Shown here piece after piece: positions 50,103 through 60,753 of a stretch of DNA of 64,000 nucleotides (the first letter of the stretch is position 1; each line of letters starts with the position of its first letter). Position numbers and translations under genes: made by a program. The DNA lies in contig CBDCTJ010000003.1 in assembly GCA_965222115.1 (NCBI GenBank), forward strand, positions 1 to 64,000, written 5' to 3'. The DNA is from Planctomycetota bacterium (GTDB taxonomy: Bacteria > Planctomycetota > PLA2 > JAEUHO01). Under the pieces are notes generated by a model, which did not search any database, was not told the origin of the DNA, and saw nothing but the letters and a program-made list of their open reading frames with translations.

Positions 50103-51824
50103 ATGCGAATCTCCAAATCTCTCTTCGTCACGCTGAAAGAAGACCCGGCCGATGCCGAGGTCCGCTCTCACGCGCTTATGGCTCGCGCCGGGTTCATTCA
50201 GAAACTCGCCGCGGGTGTCTACATCTATGGCCCCCTCATGTGGCGAGTCCTGCGCAAGATTGAGACCATCGTGCGCGAAGAACACGACAAGGCGGATTGC
50301 CAAGAGATGCTCATGCCGGCGCTGCAACCACGCGAGATTTGGGAGGAGAGCGGCCGCTGGGAGCGTTATGTCCAGGATGGCATTCTCTACCACTTTCAAG
50401 ACGGCCGTGAGCGCGACGTGTGCCTGGGGCCCACGCACGAGGAGGTAGTGACCACCTTCGTCAAGGGCCGTATCACGTCTTATAAGCAGTTGCCGCAGAC
50501 GCTCTATCAGATTCAGACCAAGTTTCGCGATGAGATTCGACCGCGCTTTGGTTTGATGCGCGGTCGCGAGTTCGTGATGAAAGACGCCTACTCGTTTGAC
50601 GCCGATCCCGAAGGCATGAAGGCTTCGTATGCGCTCATGCGCGACGTATACCGCAAGATTTTCACGCGCTGTGGCGTGCGCTTTACACCCGTCGAAGCCG
50701 ACTCCGGGGCCATCGGTGGTGCTGGAAGCGAAGAGTTCATGGTCGACGCCGACACCGGCGAAGACGCAATCGCCGTGTGTCGCGAAACGGGCTACGCCGC
50801 CAATATTGAAAAGGCGGTGAGTGTGATTTCCCCGCCTGCAACGCCTTCCGAGAAACTCGCAATGCACGAGGAGCCCACGCCGGGCGCCAAGACCTGTGAA
50901 CAGCTCATCAAGCTCTTTCCCGAATTGCCAATGACTCGCCTCCTCAAGACCGTGCTCTACCGTGTGGTCTGGAGCGACCGCGAGGCCGTCGTCGCGGTGA
51001 TGTGTCGAGGCGACCGGGAACTAAACGAAGTCAAGCTGCTCAATCACTTTGACGCGCTGCGAATCGAACTCGCCGATGAAAAGCTCGTACGCGAAGCCAC
51101 GGGCGCCGACCCGGGTTTCGCAGGACCCATAGGCTTGAATAAAGGCGTGGAGCTACTGGCCGACAAAAGTGTCGAGGGCGTTGAGGGCTTCCTTTGCGGC
51201 GCCAATAAGACCGACGCGCACCATCTCGACGTGTACTTCGGACGAGATCTTGAACAACCGCCCACGCACGACTTTGGAACCGTCCAGGCGGGCGACAAGA
51301 CGCTGGACGGCAAGGGCACGATAGAGATCACGCGCGGCATTGAAGTCGGACATATCTTTCAACTCGGAACGAAGTATTCGGATGCAATGGGTGCCACGTT
51401 TACGGGACAGGATGGCAAAAGCAAGCCGCTATACATGGGATGCTACGGCCTCGGGATCACTCGCGTCGCAGCCGCCGCGATTGAGCAGAATCACGATGAC
51501 GGCGGAATGATCTGGCCGGCACCGATTGCACCGTTCACGGTGCACCTTATTCAGATGCGCCCCGAGGATGAGGTGCAGTCCGCGCTCGCAAACAAGCTCT
51601 ACGAAGACCTCCACGCTGCCGGCCACGACGTTTTGCTCGACGATCGAAAACTTGGCGCGGGTGGAAAGTTCAAGGATGCCGATCTAATCGGCATTCCTTT
51701 CCGCGTGGTCGTGGGTCGCGACGCGACCGACGGAAAGGTGGAGTGGAAGGGCCGACGCGACGACAAGGCGCAGACCATCGCGGTCGGCGAAGTGCTCGCT
51801 ACACTAGAAGGGATGCTTTCCTAG
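50103..51824 (+). CDS. proS: Proline--tRNA ligase (bacterial type, INS editing domain)
   Basis: LGPTHEE, QIQTKFRDE.RPRFGLMR.REF.MKDAYSF, IEVGHIFQLG, MGCYG.G, DADLIGIP. Confidence 0.98.
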   Translation: MRISKSLFVTLKEDPADAEVRSHALMARAGFIQKLAAGVYIYGPLMWRVLRKIETIVREEHDKADCQEMLMPALQPREIWEESGRWERYVQDGILYHFQDGRERDVCLGPTHEEVVTTFVKGRITSYKQLPQTLYQIQTKFRDEIRPRFGLMRGREFVMKDAYSFDADPEGMKASYALMRDVYRKIFTRCGVRFTPVEADSGAIGGAGSEEFMVDADTGEDAIAVCRETGYAANIEKAVSVISPPATPSEKLAMHEEPTPGAKTCEQLIKLFPELPMTRLLKTVLYRVVWSDREAVVAVMCRGDRELNEVKLLNHFDALRIELADEKLVREATGADPGFAGPIGLNKGVELLADKSVEGVEGFLCGANKTDAHHLDVYFGRDLEQPPTHDFGTVQAGDKTLDGKGTIEITRGIEVGHIFQLGTKYSDAMGATFTGQDGKSKPLYMGCYGLGITRVAAAAIEQNHDDGGMIWPAPIAPFTVHLIQMRPEDEVQSALANKLYEDLHAAGHDVLLDDRKLGAGGKFKDADLIGIPFRVVVGRDATDGKVEWKGRRDDKAQTIAVGEVLATLEGMLS

Positions 51825-51840
51825 TAACCCCTGGCGAATC

Positions 51841-52671
51841 ATGCCTTACAACCCCCCGCCTTTGATTGTTCGATCCGCGCGCAGCAGTTCCATTTTGTGG
51901 GACTTTTTCGTGCAGTTCATCGGCGCCAAAAGGGAGTTCGAAGGCATTGACCAACACTACAACGAGCGGGTCATACAGGCCGCCGCTGAACGTGGCGTAG
52001 ATCGGGAAGTGCTTCATCTGCCGCCCAAGAAGCTGTTCGATCTCTTCAACCTGAAGCGACTTGAACACTTGCGCGATCGCCGTCTGCGCCCCCTACGGCT
52101 CATGGCCCGCGAAATATTTGGTGAAGACGGCGACCTCGGCCTCATGGGCGCCTATTGCAGCCACATATTTCATGAAGTGTCGATTCTCAGCCGCGAGCAT
52201 CGTTCCGTCGGTCGCTTTGTGCGCTTCGACGATCCCGAGCGCTACATGACGCTCTTCAATGAAGTCAGTGGCAATTACCCAGCACGCCTGGGACGCACGC
52301 GTCGATTCTTCGGCCACGCGGCCAAGCGCATGGACGAGTTGCTGGCCCAGTGGGCTGAACAACGCGTGGTGGTGCGCTCCGCCTTCTTGTTTGGCGATCG
52401 TTTGGGCCGACGTGCCTATGGTTCGGGTCGCGACGGCCTCTATACGCGCATGTATCCGGAGGGCGGTGCCTTCCGTGGTTACTTCGAAGCGGCGCGCTCC
52501 TTTGCCAAGAGTGGCTTCGCCAAACAGACCGAAGAAGCCCGAAATGAACTTCGCCGCCTCGCCAAGGCCACCCGTGCCGAGCGTCCGCTCACCGCAACCG
52601 AAGCACTCTATTTCGAATCCACGGAACAGCTCACGGTTGAGTCGCCCCCGGCGGAAGAAGGCGCCGCATAG
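51841..52671 (+). CDS. Hypothetical helical protein
   Basis: 276-aa ORF tightly packed between proS and miaB. Confidence 0.7.
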   Translation: MPYNPPPLIVRSARSSSILWDFFVQFIGAKREFEGIDQHYNERVIQAAAERGVDREVLHLPPKKLFDLFNLKRLEHLRDRRLRPLRLMAREIFGEDGDLGLMGAYCSHIFHEVSILSREHRSVGRFVRFDDPERYMTLFNEVSGNYPARLGRTRRFFGHAAKRMDELLAQWAEQRVVVRSAFLFGDRLGRRAYGSGRDGLYTRMYPEGGAFRGYFEAARSFAKSGFAKQTEEARNELRRLAKATRAERPLTATEALYFESTEQLTVESPPAEEGAA

Positions 52672-52714
52672 CAAGAATGCAGGCCCTACCGGCGCCCGCG
52701 CATACCATTCGCCC

Positions 52715-54142
52715 ATGAGTTTAGACGTTCCCAGCCCGACGGCCGTTGCGAAGGACGAACCGTCGGTACACGCAGCGCCCCGCCGTGCGTACTGCGTGAG
52801 TTTCGGTTGTCAGATGAACACGCTTGATAGCGAACTCGTACAGGGCGACTTGATGCGCCGTGGCTATACACGCACATCAGACATGAGTGACGCCGACGTC
52901 ATTCTCATCAATACGTGCTCTATTCGCGAACACGCCGAGGACAAAGTGTGGAGCCTCTTGGGTCGCGCACGACAAGCCAAGGAGAAGCGGCCGAGCCTCA
53001 AGATTGCTGTCATGGGCTGTATGGCACAACGCGTCAAAGACAACATCATTCAGCGAGCGCCGCATGTGGATTTAGTGCTTGGCACATCGACATTTCGAAA
53101 CGCGGTCCAGGATCTTGAAGACCTCCAGCGCGGCGGCGGACGCATTGTGCGCACCAAACTGCGACCGGATCCAGAGTTTTTGCCCGATGTCGATCGCAAT
53201 GTGGCCTCGCGGCCCGACGCGTTTCGCGCCTTCGTCACCGTCATGCGCGGGTGCAATCACGCTTGCAGTTATTGCATCGTCCCGTTCACGCGGGGTCGCG
53301 AAGTGAGCCGGCCCATCGAGGAGTTGCTTCGCGAGGTCGACCTGCTCGTGGCCGACGGCGTGCGCGAAGTCACCTTCCTTGGACAAAATATCAACACGTA
53401 TGGCGTGGACCTAGGCGGCCAACTGCTACCCGACCTCTTGGAACGTGCCGCAGAACGTTCGGGTTTGGATCGCATTCGATTTCTTACGAGCAATCCATTC
53501 GACATGACCGAAGACATGATGCGCCGCTTTGGTGCCGTAGAAAAGGTCATGCCCTGGCTCCATATCCCGGCCCAGAGTGGTTCGGATACGGTCTTACGAC
53601 GCATGAAGCGCACCTACACGGTGGATCAATATCGCGAAGTGGTCGGCTGGGCACGCAAACATATCGCCGACGTGGAAATCACAAGCGACTTCATTGTTGG
53701 CTTTTCCGGTGAAACGGATGAAGACTTTGGGGAAACGAAGCGCTTGGTCAGGGAAATCGAGTTCCTACAGACGTACGTCTTCAAGTACAGCTTGCGCCCA
53801 CGCACGCACGCGGCCCGGCAACTACCCGATGACGTCCCAGAAGATGTAAAGAAACAAAGAAATGTCGAACTCTTGGGCATCCAAGACGACATTTCCAACA
53901 AGCGCAATGCTCAGTTGATGGGTACGGTACGCGATGTCTTGTTTGAAGGCATCAGCAAGACCCATGAGGACCGATTGACCGGACGTGACGTGACCAATCG
54001 CATTGTCCACTGCCCCGGCAAACGTGAATGGGCGGGGCGCATGGCGCGCGTGCGGATCGATGAAGTGGGCGCGCACTCGATGATTGGCACGTGCTTGGCG
54101 CTGGAGGGACATGACGACGTGCCGTTCAGCTCAACGCCATGA
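52715..54142 (+). CDS. miaB: tRNA-i6A37 methylthiotransferase
   Basis: FGCQMN..DSE, NTCSIRE.AE, GCMAQ, CNHACSYC, QSGSD, D.IVGF.GET, TRAM domain. Confidence 0.96.
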   Translation: MSLDVPSPTAVAKDEPSVHAAPRRAYCVSFGCQMNTLDSELVQGDLMRRGYTRTSDMSDADVILINTCSIREHAEDKVWSLLGRARQAKEKRPSLKIAVMGCMAQRVKDNIIQRAPHVDLVLGTSTFRNAVQDLEDLQRGGGRIVRTKLRPDPEFLPDVDRNVASRPDAFRAFVTVMRGCNHACSYCIVPFTRGREVSRPIEELLREVDLLVADGVREVTFLGQNINTYGVDLGGQLLPDLLERAAERSGLDRIRFLTSNPFDMTEDMMRRFGAVEKVMPWLHIPAQSGSDTVLRRMKRTYTVDQYREVVGWARKHIADVEITSDFIVGFSGETDEDFGETKRLVREIEFLQTYVFKYSLRPRTHAARQLPDDVPEDVKKQRNVELLGIQDDISNKRNAQLMGTVRDVLFEGISKTHEDRLTGRDVTNRIVHCPGKREWAGRMARVRIDEVGAHSMIGTCLALEGHDDVPFSSTP

Positions 54143-54154
54143 TCCCCTAATGCC

Positions 54155-55294
54155 ATGACCAAGACGACGCTCACAGACCACGAACGACAGCGACTCGAAC
54201 GCGCCATTGCGCTTGCGCGCAAGGGATGTCTCGATGTGGAACCCAATCCCCCCGTGGGTTGCGTACTTGAGCGGAACGGCAAGGTGATCGGCGAAGGCTG
54301 GCACAAGGCCTATGGCGGCCCCCACGCGGAAATCGAGGCATTGAAACTCGTCCATCGCAAGGCCGAGGGCGCCACCGCCTACATCTCGCTTCAACCATGC
54401 AGTCAGTCGGGCAAGACCGGGCCCTGTTGCGACGCCCTCATCAAGGCCGGCGTTTCACGTGTGATCTATGCTTCTCGGGACCCTGGCGAGCCGAGGAATA
54501 GCGAGGGTCTCCGTAAACTTCGCAAGGCCGGCATCGACGTGCTCGGGCCCTGCTTGCCCGCGCTCGGCGATACACTGCTCACACGCTATGGGGCCCATGC
54601 AAAGACGGAACGCCCATGGGTGATATTGAAATGGGCCATGACGCTCGATGGTCGCATCGCGCCCAAAGAAGGCGAGGGTGGAACGATTGCGGGACGCCGT
54701 TCACGATTGCTGGCCCACATTTGGCGCGGCCGCGTTGACGCCATTGCCGTGGGTATTGGCACCGTTCTTTCCGATGATCCCGAACTCACGTGTCGCATCG
54801 AAGGCGGCCCGCCCGATGGTCGTTCCCAACCCACGCGCGTCATTTTCGATCGCCTATTAACAACACCGCTAGGTGCCAAAGTCATCAAGACCATCGACAA
54901 AGCCCCTGTATGGATTGTGACGGGCCCCGATGCACCGGCAAGAGTCGAGGCCGAGTTGGCGGAGCGAGGCGCCAAAGTCTTGCGTGTTCGCCCGGGCGCC
55001 GGTGGGCTTGATATGTCCGACGTCATGGGAAGTCTCTATCAAGAAGGCATTCGCCGATTGCTTGTGGAGGGCGGTGCGCGCATTCACGGCACGTTTGTTC
55101 GTCAAAATCTCGCCGATCAAGCGTGCGCGTTCATTGCCCCGGCAATTGCTGGCGGTGAAAACGCTGTTCCGGCGGTCTTGGGGTCAGGCATCACCAACAT
55201 GGCCCACGCATTGCGACTCGAAGATGTCGCATGGCGAGGTCTCGGTGACAACGTGTTGATGCGCGGGTATTTGCCGCGCGCAGGTGGCGTGTGA
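54155..55294 (+). CDS. ribD: Bifunctional riboflavin biosynthesis deaminase/reductase
   Basis: PNPPVGCV, HAE, PC....TGPC, KWAMTLDG, DDPELT.R, LLVEGG. Confidence 0.96.
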   Translation: MTKTTLTDHERQRLERAIALARKGCLDVEPNPPVGCVLERNGKVIGEGWHKAYGGPHAEIEALKLVHRKAEGATAYISLQPCSQSGKTGPCCDALIKAGVSRVIYASRDPGEPRNSEGLRKLRKAGIDVLGPCLPALGDTLLTRYGAHAKTERPWVILKWAMTLDGRIAPKEGEGGTIAGRRSRLLAHIWRGRVDAIAVGIGTVLSDDPELTCRIEGGPPDGRSQPTRVIFDRLLTTPLGAKVIKTIDKAPVWIVTGPDAPARVEAELAERGAKVLRVRPGAGGLDMSDVMGSLYQEGIRRLLVEGGARIHGTFVRQNLADQACAFIAPAIAGGENAVPAVLGSGITNMAHALRLEDVAWRGLGDNVLMRGYLPRAGGV

Positions 55295-55481
55295 CTCATA
55301 ATCGTCGGTAACGGCGTTAAGTCCGGCGACCAAAACTATCCGTCGGTCGCCACCACATCCCCTTTCCTAAATCTTAATCTGTTTCCTCACCCGCCCACCG
55401 CATTCCTCCTTGGTCACGATCTACTTAGCCTTGAACGATAAGGGACAGGCGAAGGATTAAGATTCAGTGTAGGAGCAAGAG

Positions 55482-56549
55482 TTAACGCACAATGGGTCGT
55501 GCGTTGGTCATATCGCTCAAGCGGTAACGAATCCGTGAAGAAATGAGGAGATCGCGTAACTCAACTAGGTCGGGATGCACAGGATCGATGTAACTCGCGC
55601 GGGCGGCGAAGCGTTCGGCGTGGGAGTAGACACGGCCCTGCCACATAAACCACGCGGCACCGTAGAGCAAGTCGAAGTGCTTACGGTCGAGTTCCTCCAG
55701 CTTGGTAAGGATCTCTCGTCGTTCGCGAGAACCATGCTTGAGGACGCGTCGCAAGCGTCCAAAGTGGCGACGAGCTTCGGTGAACTTTTTGTCGGCCTCG
55801 TCAACGGCTTTGCGCGCGCGTGTGATGGAGCCTTGCTTCTGCTTGCCTTTGGCCTCCCGCGCAAGCGTTTCGCCCGCACGAATGAGACTGGTGGCCTTGA
55901 GTGTGCGCAGCATGATTTCCTGCTTGCGCTTTACCGACTTTTTGAGACGTAGTAGGTGCGCCTGGTCGCGCTCATTCTGCTTCTGGAGTTCTCGGACGCG
56001 CGCCAGCAACTTCGCAATGAGCTGCTCAACCCCCGCAGCATTCGGTGCGTCGGCAAAATGCAGCTTGAGTTCGCGTGCGCGATCGAGTGCAGCCTCCACA
56101 TCTCCTTCTTCGGCTTGCTTCTCGGCCTGAGCCAAGCCCGACGTTACGGCCTGGGTCTCCGCAGCGCGCAGTAGCTTCTTAAACTGCCCTTCATTGATCG
56201 CGCCAAGGGCAAGCGCCTTTTCGTACTCGCGCCGCGCGTCGCGGTAGAGACCCAACTCGGCGGCTAACTCAGCAAGTTGTATGCGGGCGTTGCCATCGTC
56301 GGCTTTCGCGAGCGCCGCACGCGCGCGGAAGAACGCGAGGGGCGTGAGTTGAATCCACGGGATTTCACGAACCGAATCGGGGCCCAACCTGAGTGTGATT
56401 CCGTGTTTGTCGGACGATTCCACGATTCCCGTAAGAGTGTGCCCGTTCTTTAGCGTGAGGGTTTGGGGGCGCTTGTCACCGGCGTGCGCTGGCAAGCCAC
56501 TCAGAAGCACCAGCGAGACGAGGATCGTACTCAAGACGCGAGAGATCAT
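55482..56549 (-). CDS. Hypothetical exported helical/TPR-like protein
   Basis: Signal peptide ending AHA, small LTLKNG..LTG beta module, then helical repeats. Confidence 0.65.
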   Translation of the reverse strand: MISRVLSTILVSLVLLSGLPAHAGDKRPQTLTLKNGHTLTGIVESSDKHGITLRLGPDSVREIPWIQLTPLAFFRARAALAKADDGNARIQLAELAAELGLYRDARREYEKALALGAINEGQFKKLLRAAETQAVTSGLAQAEKQAEEGDVEAALDRARELKLHFADAPNAAGVEQLIAKLLARVRELQKQNERDQAHLLRLKKSVKRKQEIMLRTLKATSLIRAGETLAREAKGKQKQGSITRARKAVDEADKKFTEARRHFGRLRRVLKHGSRERREILTKLEELDRKHFDLLYGAAWFMWQGRVYSHAERFAARASYIDPVHPDLVELRDLLISSRIRYRLSDMTNARPIVR

Positions 56550-56756
56550 GGCGTGCTCCACCGATTGACCGTTCAACAGTACGACTGCTCTACAGCCAAG
56601 ATAGTTCGCACCCGTGCCGGAATAGGGCGCTAACCAACTAATGAACGCGTGGCGCGTCGCAATTGCTCCAAATTCTTGCCGAAACTCGCCCGTCGCCCGC
56701 GAAACGCGAAAGGGAAGCCTTCAAGAGAAGAAATCGTTTGTGCCGAAAACCGCTAC

Positions 56757-58007
56757 CTAGCGAGGGAAGCCTTCGGGAGCCCCCGGGTCGTCGTACACCG
56801 GGGTTGGAGAGGAACCGCCACCGTTTGAAGGCGGTGCTGGTGACGGCCAGGATTCGCCGGTGGAATCCGAGGGCGCCGGAGAGGGCGGCGTCACGCGCAC
56901 GGGCTTATTTGTTTCGCGTGTCTCACCATCGGAGACGATCTTTCGATATTGCTGCAAGAGCTCGGCAGCTTTTACGCGCGCACCCCGCTGCGCCTCGGGA
57001 TCGGTTCGGCGCATGTACTCGCGAAGATCCTTGACCGCCAAAATGTGACGCCCCTCGGCAGCAAGCGCTTGCGCGCGCTCCAGGTAGGCCGCCGTCTGTG
57101 ATTCATCGATGTGCAGCGCTCGGCTGTACTGATCGATGGCGTCGCGATATTCCTGCCGGCGCATGTGCACCGTGGCCAGCAACATATGCATCTTCATCTG
57201 CTTGTTGCGGGCGGAGTAGGCCTTCTTGCGAAGGTGGGCGCGCTGGCGTGTGGTCACACCGCCTTTGCCTCGTGCCTCTTCCAACTCCTTGATCTGGTCT
57301 TCCCAGAACGGCTGGCTGTCCTTGGTGAGTTCCAAGTACTCACGGGCATACTCCATGCCCTCGGTATCGCGACTCAACTGAAGATTGGCCTTGGCCAGAC
57401 CGGCAAGCGCGTAGGGATTTCGCGCATTCATGTTGAGCACCTGCTTCCACATGGGAATGGCCTCTTGCAGGAGCTCATTGCGATTGCGTACTTGGCGCTG
57501 AATCTGGCGGCGAATGCGTGATGTGTCGGCATCGGGGTCGGTGCGCGCGCGCTGCTCGAGTTCGCGAACGTCACGGTCGTAGTAATCGGCGAGCTCGGTG
57601 TGAACGGTGGCCATATCCGACACGACCTCAAACTTTCGGTCCTGGCCGTCGGCGTTGCGCCATTCCATGTCCATAAGAGGCTCTAAGATCTTTTGCGCTT
57701 CGCGGAGCTTGCGCGGTGTTCCCTGCTGGATCTTGGCGCGAGCCAACGCGCGGCGAAGCTTCTTGTCGCGGGGCTTCTTGTCGAGCGCCTTTTCAAACAT
57801 GGTTTCGGCTTTGGCGTAGGCGCCGCCGTCGTAGTAGGTGAATCCGGCAGTTTCGTAGTGCTCCTGACGGGTCTCTTCGTCGATTTCCTTTTCACGTTCT
57901 TCTGAAAGTCCGGAGCCTTGGCAGCCGGCGAGCCACAGTCCGCCCACGACCACGCAGCTCATGACAAACAGACGGCGTGCAAGGAAACGGTGTGGCGACC
58001 CAATCAT
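56757..58007 (-). CDS. TPR-repeat lipoprotein
   Basis: Lipobox LAGC, several TPR-like units, Pro/Ser-rich tail. Confidence 0.8.
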   Translation of the reverse strand: MIGSPHRFLARRLFVMSCVVVGGLWLAGCQGSGLSEEREKEIDEETRQEHYETAGFTYYDGGAYAKAETMFEKALDKKPRDKKLRRALARAKIQQGTPRKLREAQKILEPLMDMEWRNADGQDRKFEVVSDMATVHTELADYYDRDVRELEQRARTDPDADTSRIRRQIQRQVRNRNELLQEAIPMWKQVLNMNARNPYALAGLAKANLQLSRDTEGMEYAREYLELTKDSQPFWEDQIKELEEARGKGGVTTRQRAHLRKKAYSARNKQMKMHMLLATVHMRRQEYRDAIDQYSRALHIDESQTAAYLERAQALAAEGRHILAVKDLREYMRRTDPEAQRGARVKAAELLQQYRKIVSDGETRETNKPVRVTPPSPAPSDSTGESWPSPAPPSNGGGSSPTPVYDDPGAPEGFPR

Positions 58008-58199
58008 CGATCGCGCAGCAGGGTAATTGGCAGTACGCACGACAGTGCCCTCCAGACCCCATGAGGGTCGCCGGGTAGGGTCACATGGCGGTCATATTTC
58101 GCCGCCCCCCACAACGCGACTCGTGGGATTCGCCCGAATTTCGGCGCACACACGAGCGCTACCCGGCCTATGAAGCAGGGTAGGTGTCTGTTGGGCGTC

Positions 58200-58652
58200 C
58201 TACGAGCGATCGTAGACCCAGCAGTCGGCATGTTGGGCGTAGTCGATGGTGCCTTCGGGGAACCATAGACCCAACTCGCGTTCGGCCGAGGCGATCGAAT
58301 CGGAGCCGTGGATGAGGTTGAAGGAAAAGCTCATCCCGTAGTCACCGCGAATGGTGCCACCGGGCGACTTTGCGCCGTCGGTCTCGCCAATCAAACGACG
58401 GGCAACGGCAACGGCGCCATCGCCGCGCACGGCGAAAGCCACGATGGGGCCCGAACTCATGAACGTCAGGAGGTCACCAAAGAAGGGCTTCTCCTTGTGC
58501 TCCGCATAGTGCGCTTCGAGGGTCTCGCGCGGCGCCATCAACATGTTCATCCCTACGATCTGGAGTCCCTTTTGTTCGAAGCGAGCGACGATACGACCGA
58601 CCAAACCGCGCTGAACGCCGTCGGGCTTCACTATGAGTAGGCTAGTTTCCAT
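58200..58652 (-). CDS. ndk: Nucleoside-diphosphate kinase
   Basis: KPDGVQRGLVG, HYAEH..KPFF, GTIRGD, N.IHGSDS. Confidence 0.98.
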   Translation of the reverse strand: METSLLIVKPDGVQRGLVGRIVARFEQKGLQIVGMNMLMAPRETLEAHYAEHKEKPFFGDLLTFMSSGPIVAFAVRGDGAVAVARRLIGETDGAKSPGGTIRGDYGMSFSFNLIHGSDSIASAERELGLWFPEGTIDYAQHADCWVYDRS

Positions 58653-58813
58653 GAGAGTTCCTTTTGCAATCCGTGATGAGTCGATGCCGATTCTGCGGCG
58701 GGATTGTCGCCACCCGCTCGGCGGAGCGAAGAACTGACCGGGGCGCGGGCGTGAACTTGTCCGGGGCGGCCCGATTTGACGATGCCCGGCCCACGCCGTA
58801 GCGTGCCTCGCCT

Positions 58814-59338
58814 ATGACAACAATCCTTGCGCTCCGCCACGGGGGCAAAACGGTGCTCGGCGGCGACGGCCAAGTGACCCTCGGGCAACAGATTCAAAAA
58901 CGCGGCGCGGTCAAAGTTCGCGCCCTCATGGATGGCCAAGTCCTCGCGGGCTTTGCGGGCGGTGCCGCCGATGCCATGTCGCTCATGGAGCGCTTCTCAG
59001 CCAAACTGGATGAGTTTGGCGGGCAGCTGATGAAGGCCGCCGTCGAACTGGCCAAAGAGTGGCGTTCGGATCGTGCGCTTCGGCGACTCGAAGCCGTGTT
59101 GATTGTGGCCGACGCTAAAGAACTTTTGCTCGTCACGGGGACGGGCGATGTGATTTCGCCCGACGATGGCGTGGTGGCTACAGGGAGTGGCGGTGCCTAT
59201 GCGCTGTCGGCCGCGCGCGCGTTGATGCGTCATGGATCGCTGGATGCAAAGGCGTTGTGCACAGCCGCGCTCGGCATTGCCGCGGAGATCGATCTCCATA
59301 CCAATGATTCGCTCACGGTATTGGAGGCGAAAGCGTGA
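58814..59338 (+). CDS. hslV: ATP-dependent protease subunit HslV
   Basis: MTTIL, GDGQVTLG, AGFAG, WRSDR.LRRLEA, GSGG.YA. Confidence 0.97.
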   Translation: MTTILALRHGGKTVLGGDGQVTLGQQIQKRGAVKVRALMDGQVLAGFAGGAADAMSLMERFSAKLDEFGGQLMKAAVELAKEWRSDRALRRLEAVLIVADAKELLLVTGTGDVISPDDGVVATGSGGAYALSAARALMRHGSLDAKALCTAALGIAAEIDLHTNDSLTVLEAKA

Positions 59339-60753
59339 AACTACCCACCGGCAAGCGCACGGAGTCCGCGAAACGACAAAGCGGATGTGAACTAACGCCC
59401 TCGGAAATCGTGCGCGCGCTCGATCGGCATGTCGTGGGTCAAAAACAAGCGAAACGCGCCGTCGCGGTGGCTATTCGCAATCGATGGCGTCGCATGCAAC
59501 TCGACAATGACATGCGCGCCGAAGTATTGCCGAAGAACATTCTTTTGATCGGTGCCACAGGCGTGGGCAAGACTGAGATTGCGCGGCGCATTGCTAGTCT
59601 GATCGGCGCGCCATTCACTAAGGTCGAGGCAACGAAGTACACCGAAGTGGGTTATGTCGGTCGCGATGTAGAAAGCATCATTCGCGATCTGACGGCGAGT
59701 GCGATGACGCTCGTCAAAGCATCGGCCAAGAAGACGGTAGAAACGAAGGCAGCCGAATCCGCAGCATCGAGAATTCTCGACGCCCTGGTGAACGCGTATA
59801 AGCCCGGCGATCCCGATCTTGATCCGCTGGGTCTGGGCAGAGCGGATGACACGAGCGCAGTGACCGACCTATCGGCCGTGCGCATCAAGCTACGTCAACG
59901 TTTGCAGGCCGGCGCACTGGAAGACCGAGAGATCGAGATCGATGTGCAGAGCACCGCATCCACGCCCCTCGGCAACATCTTCGACAATCCATCGTTTGCA
60001 CAGTCCGGCATCGATTTCTCGAAGATGTTTGAGCAGGTCGCGCAGCAAAGTACGTCGAGCAAACGCATGACGGTGCGCGAGGCGCGCAAAACGTTGATTG
60101 ACGAAGAGGCGGAAAAGCTTGTCGATTCGAGCGACGTAGAAAGTGAAGCCGTGAAACTCGTCGAAAATCAGGGCATCGTGTTCCTCGACGAGATCGACAA
60201 GGTGGCGGGATCGGATCGCACACAGGGCGCCGATGTATCGCGGCAGGGTGTACAACGCGATCTGTTGCCGCTCGTCGAGGGCTGTACAGTTCACACGCGC
60301 TTTGGCCCCGTATCAACCGACCACATTCTCTTTATCGCGGCCGGCGCGTTCCATGTGAGTAAGCCAAGCGATCTGTTGCCCGAGTTGCAAGGGCGACTGC
60401 CCATTCGCGTGCGCCTGGACAACTTGCGCGAAGAGGACTTCGTGCGCATACTCAAAGAACCAAAGAACGCGCTCACGCGTCAATACGAAGCACTCCTCGC
60501 AACCGAAGGCGTGCGCATACGATTCGCCGACGATGGCATCGCGGAAATCGCTCGCGTGGCCGCAGCAGCCAATGCACTCCACGAGAACATCGGCGCCCGT
60601 CGCCTCAGCACGGTCATGGAACGCGTATTGGACGAAGTCTCCTTCGAAGGCGGCTCCCTCAAGGGCCGCGACGTCGTCATCGACCGCGCCTACGTTGTCT
60701 CCCGCACCCACGACCTCCTCGAAGACCAAGACCTAGGCCAGTTCGTCCTCTGA
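59335..60753 (+). CDS. hslU: ATP-dependent protease ATPase subunit HslU
   Basis: RNRWRR, PKNIL.IG.TGVGKTE, GYVGRDV, DEIDK, GVQRDLLP, ENIGARRL. Confidence 0.97.
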   Translation: MKLPTGKRTESAKRQSGCELTPSEIVRALDRHVVGQKQAKRAVAVAIRNRWRRMQLDNDMRAEVLPKNILLIGATGVGKTEIARRIASLIGAPFTKVEATKYTEVGYVGRDVESIIRDLTASAMTLVKASAKKTVETKAAESAASRILDALVNAYKPGDPDLDPLGLGRADDTSAVTDLSAVRIKLRQRLQAGALEDREIEIDVQSTASTPLGNIFDNPSFAQSGIDFSKMFEQVAQQSTSSKRMTVREARKTLIDEEAEKLVDSSDVESEAVKLVENQGIVFLDEIDKVAGSDRTQGADVSRQGVQRDLLPLVEGCTVHTRFGPVSTDHILFIAAGAFHVSKPSDLLPELQGRLPIRVRLDNLREEDFVRILKEPKNALTRQYEALLATEGVRIRFADDGIAEIARVAAAANALHENIGARRLSTVMERVLDEVSFEGGSLKGRDVVIDRAYVVSRTHDLLEDQDLGQFVL

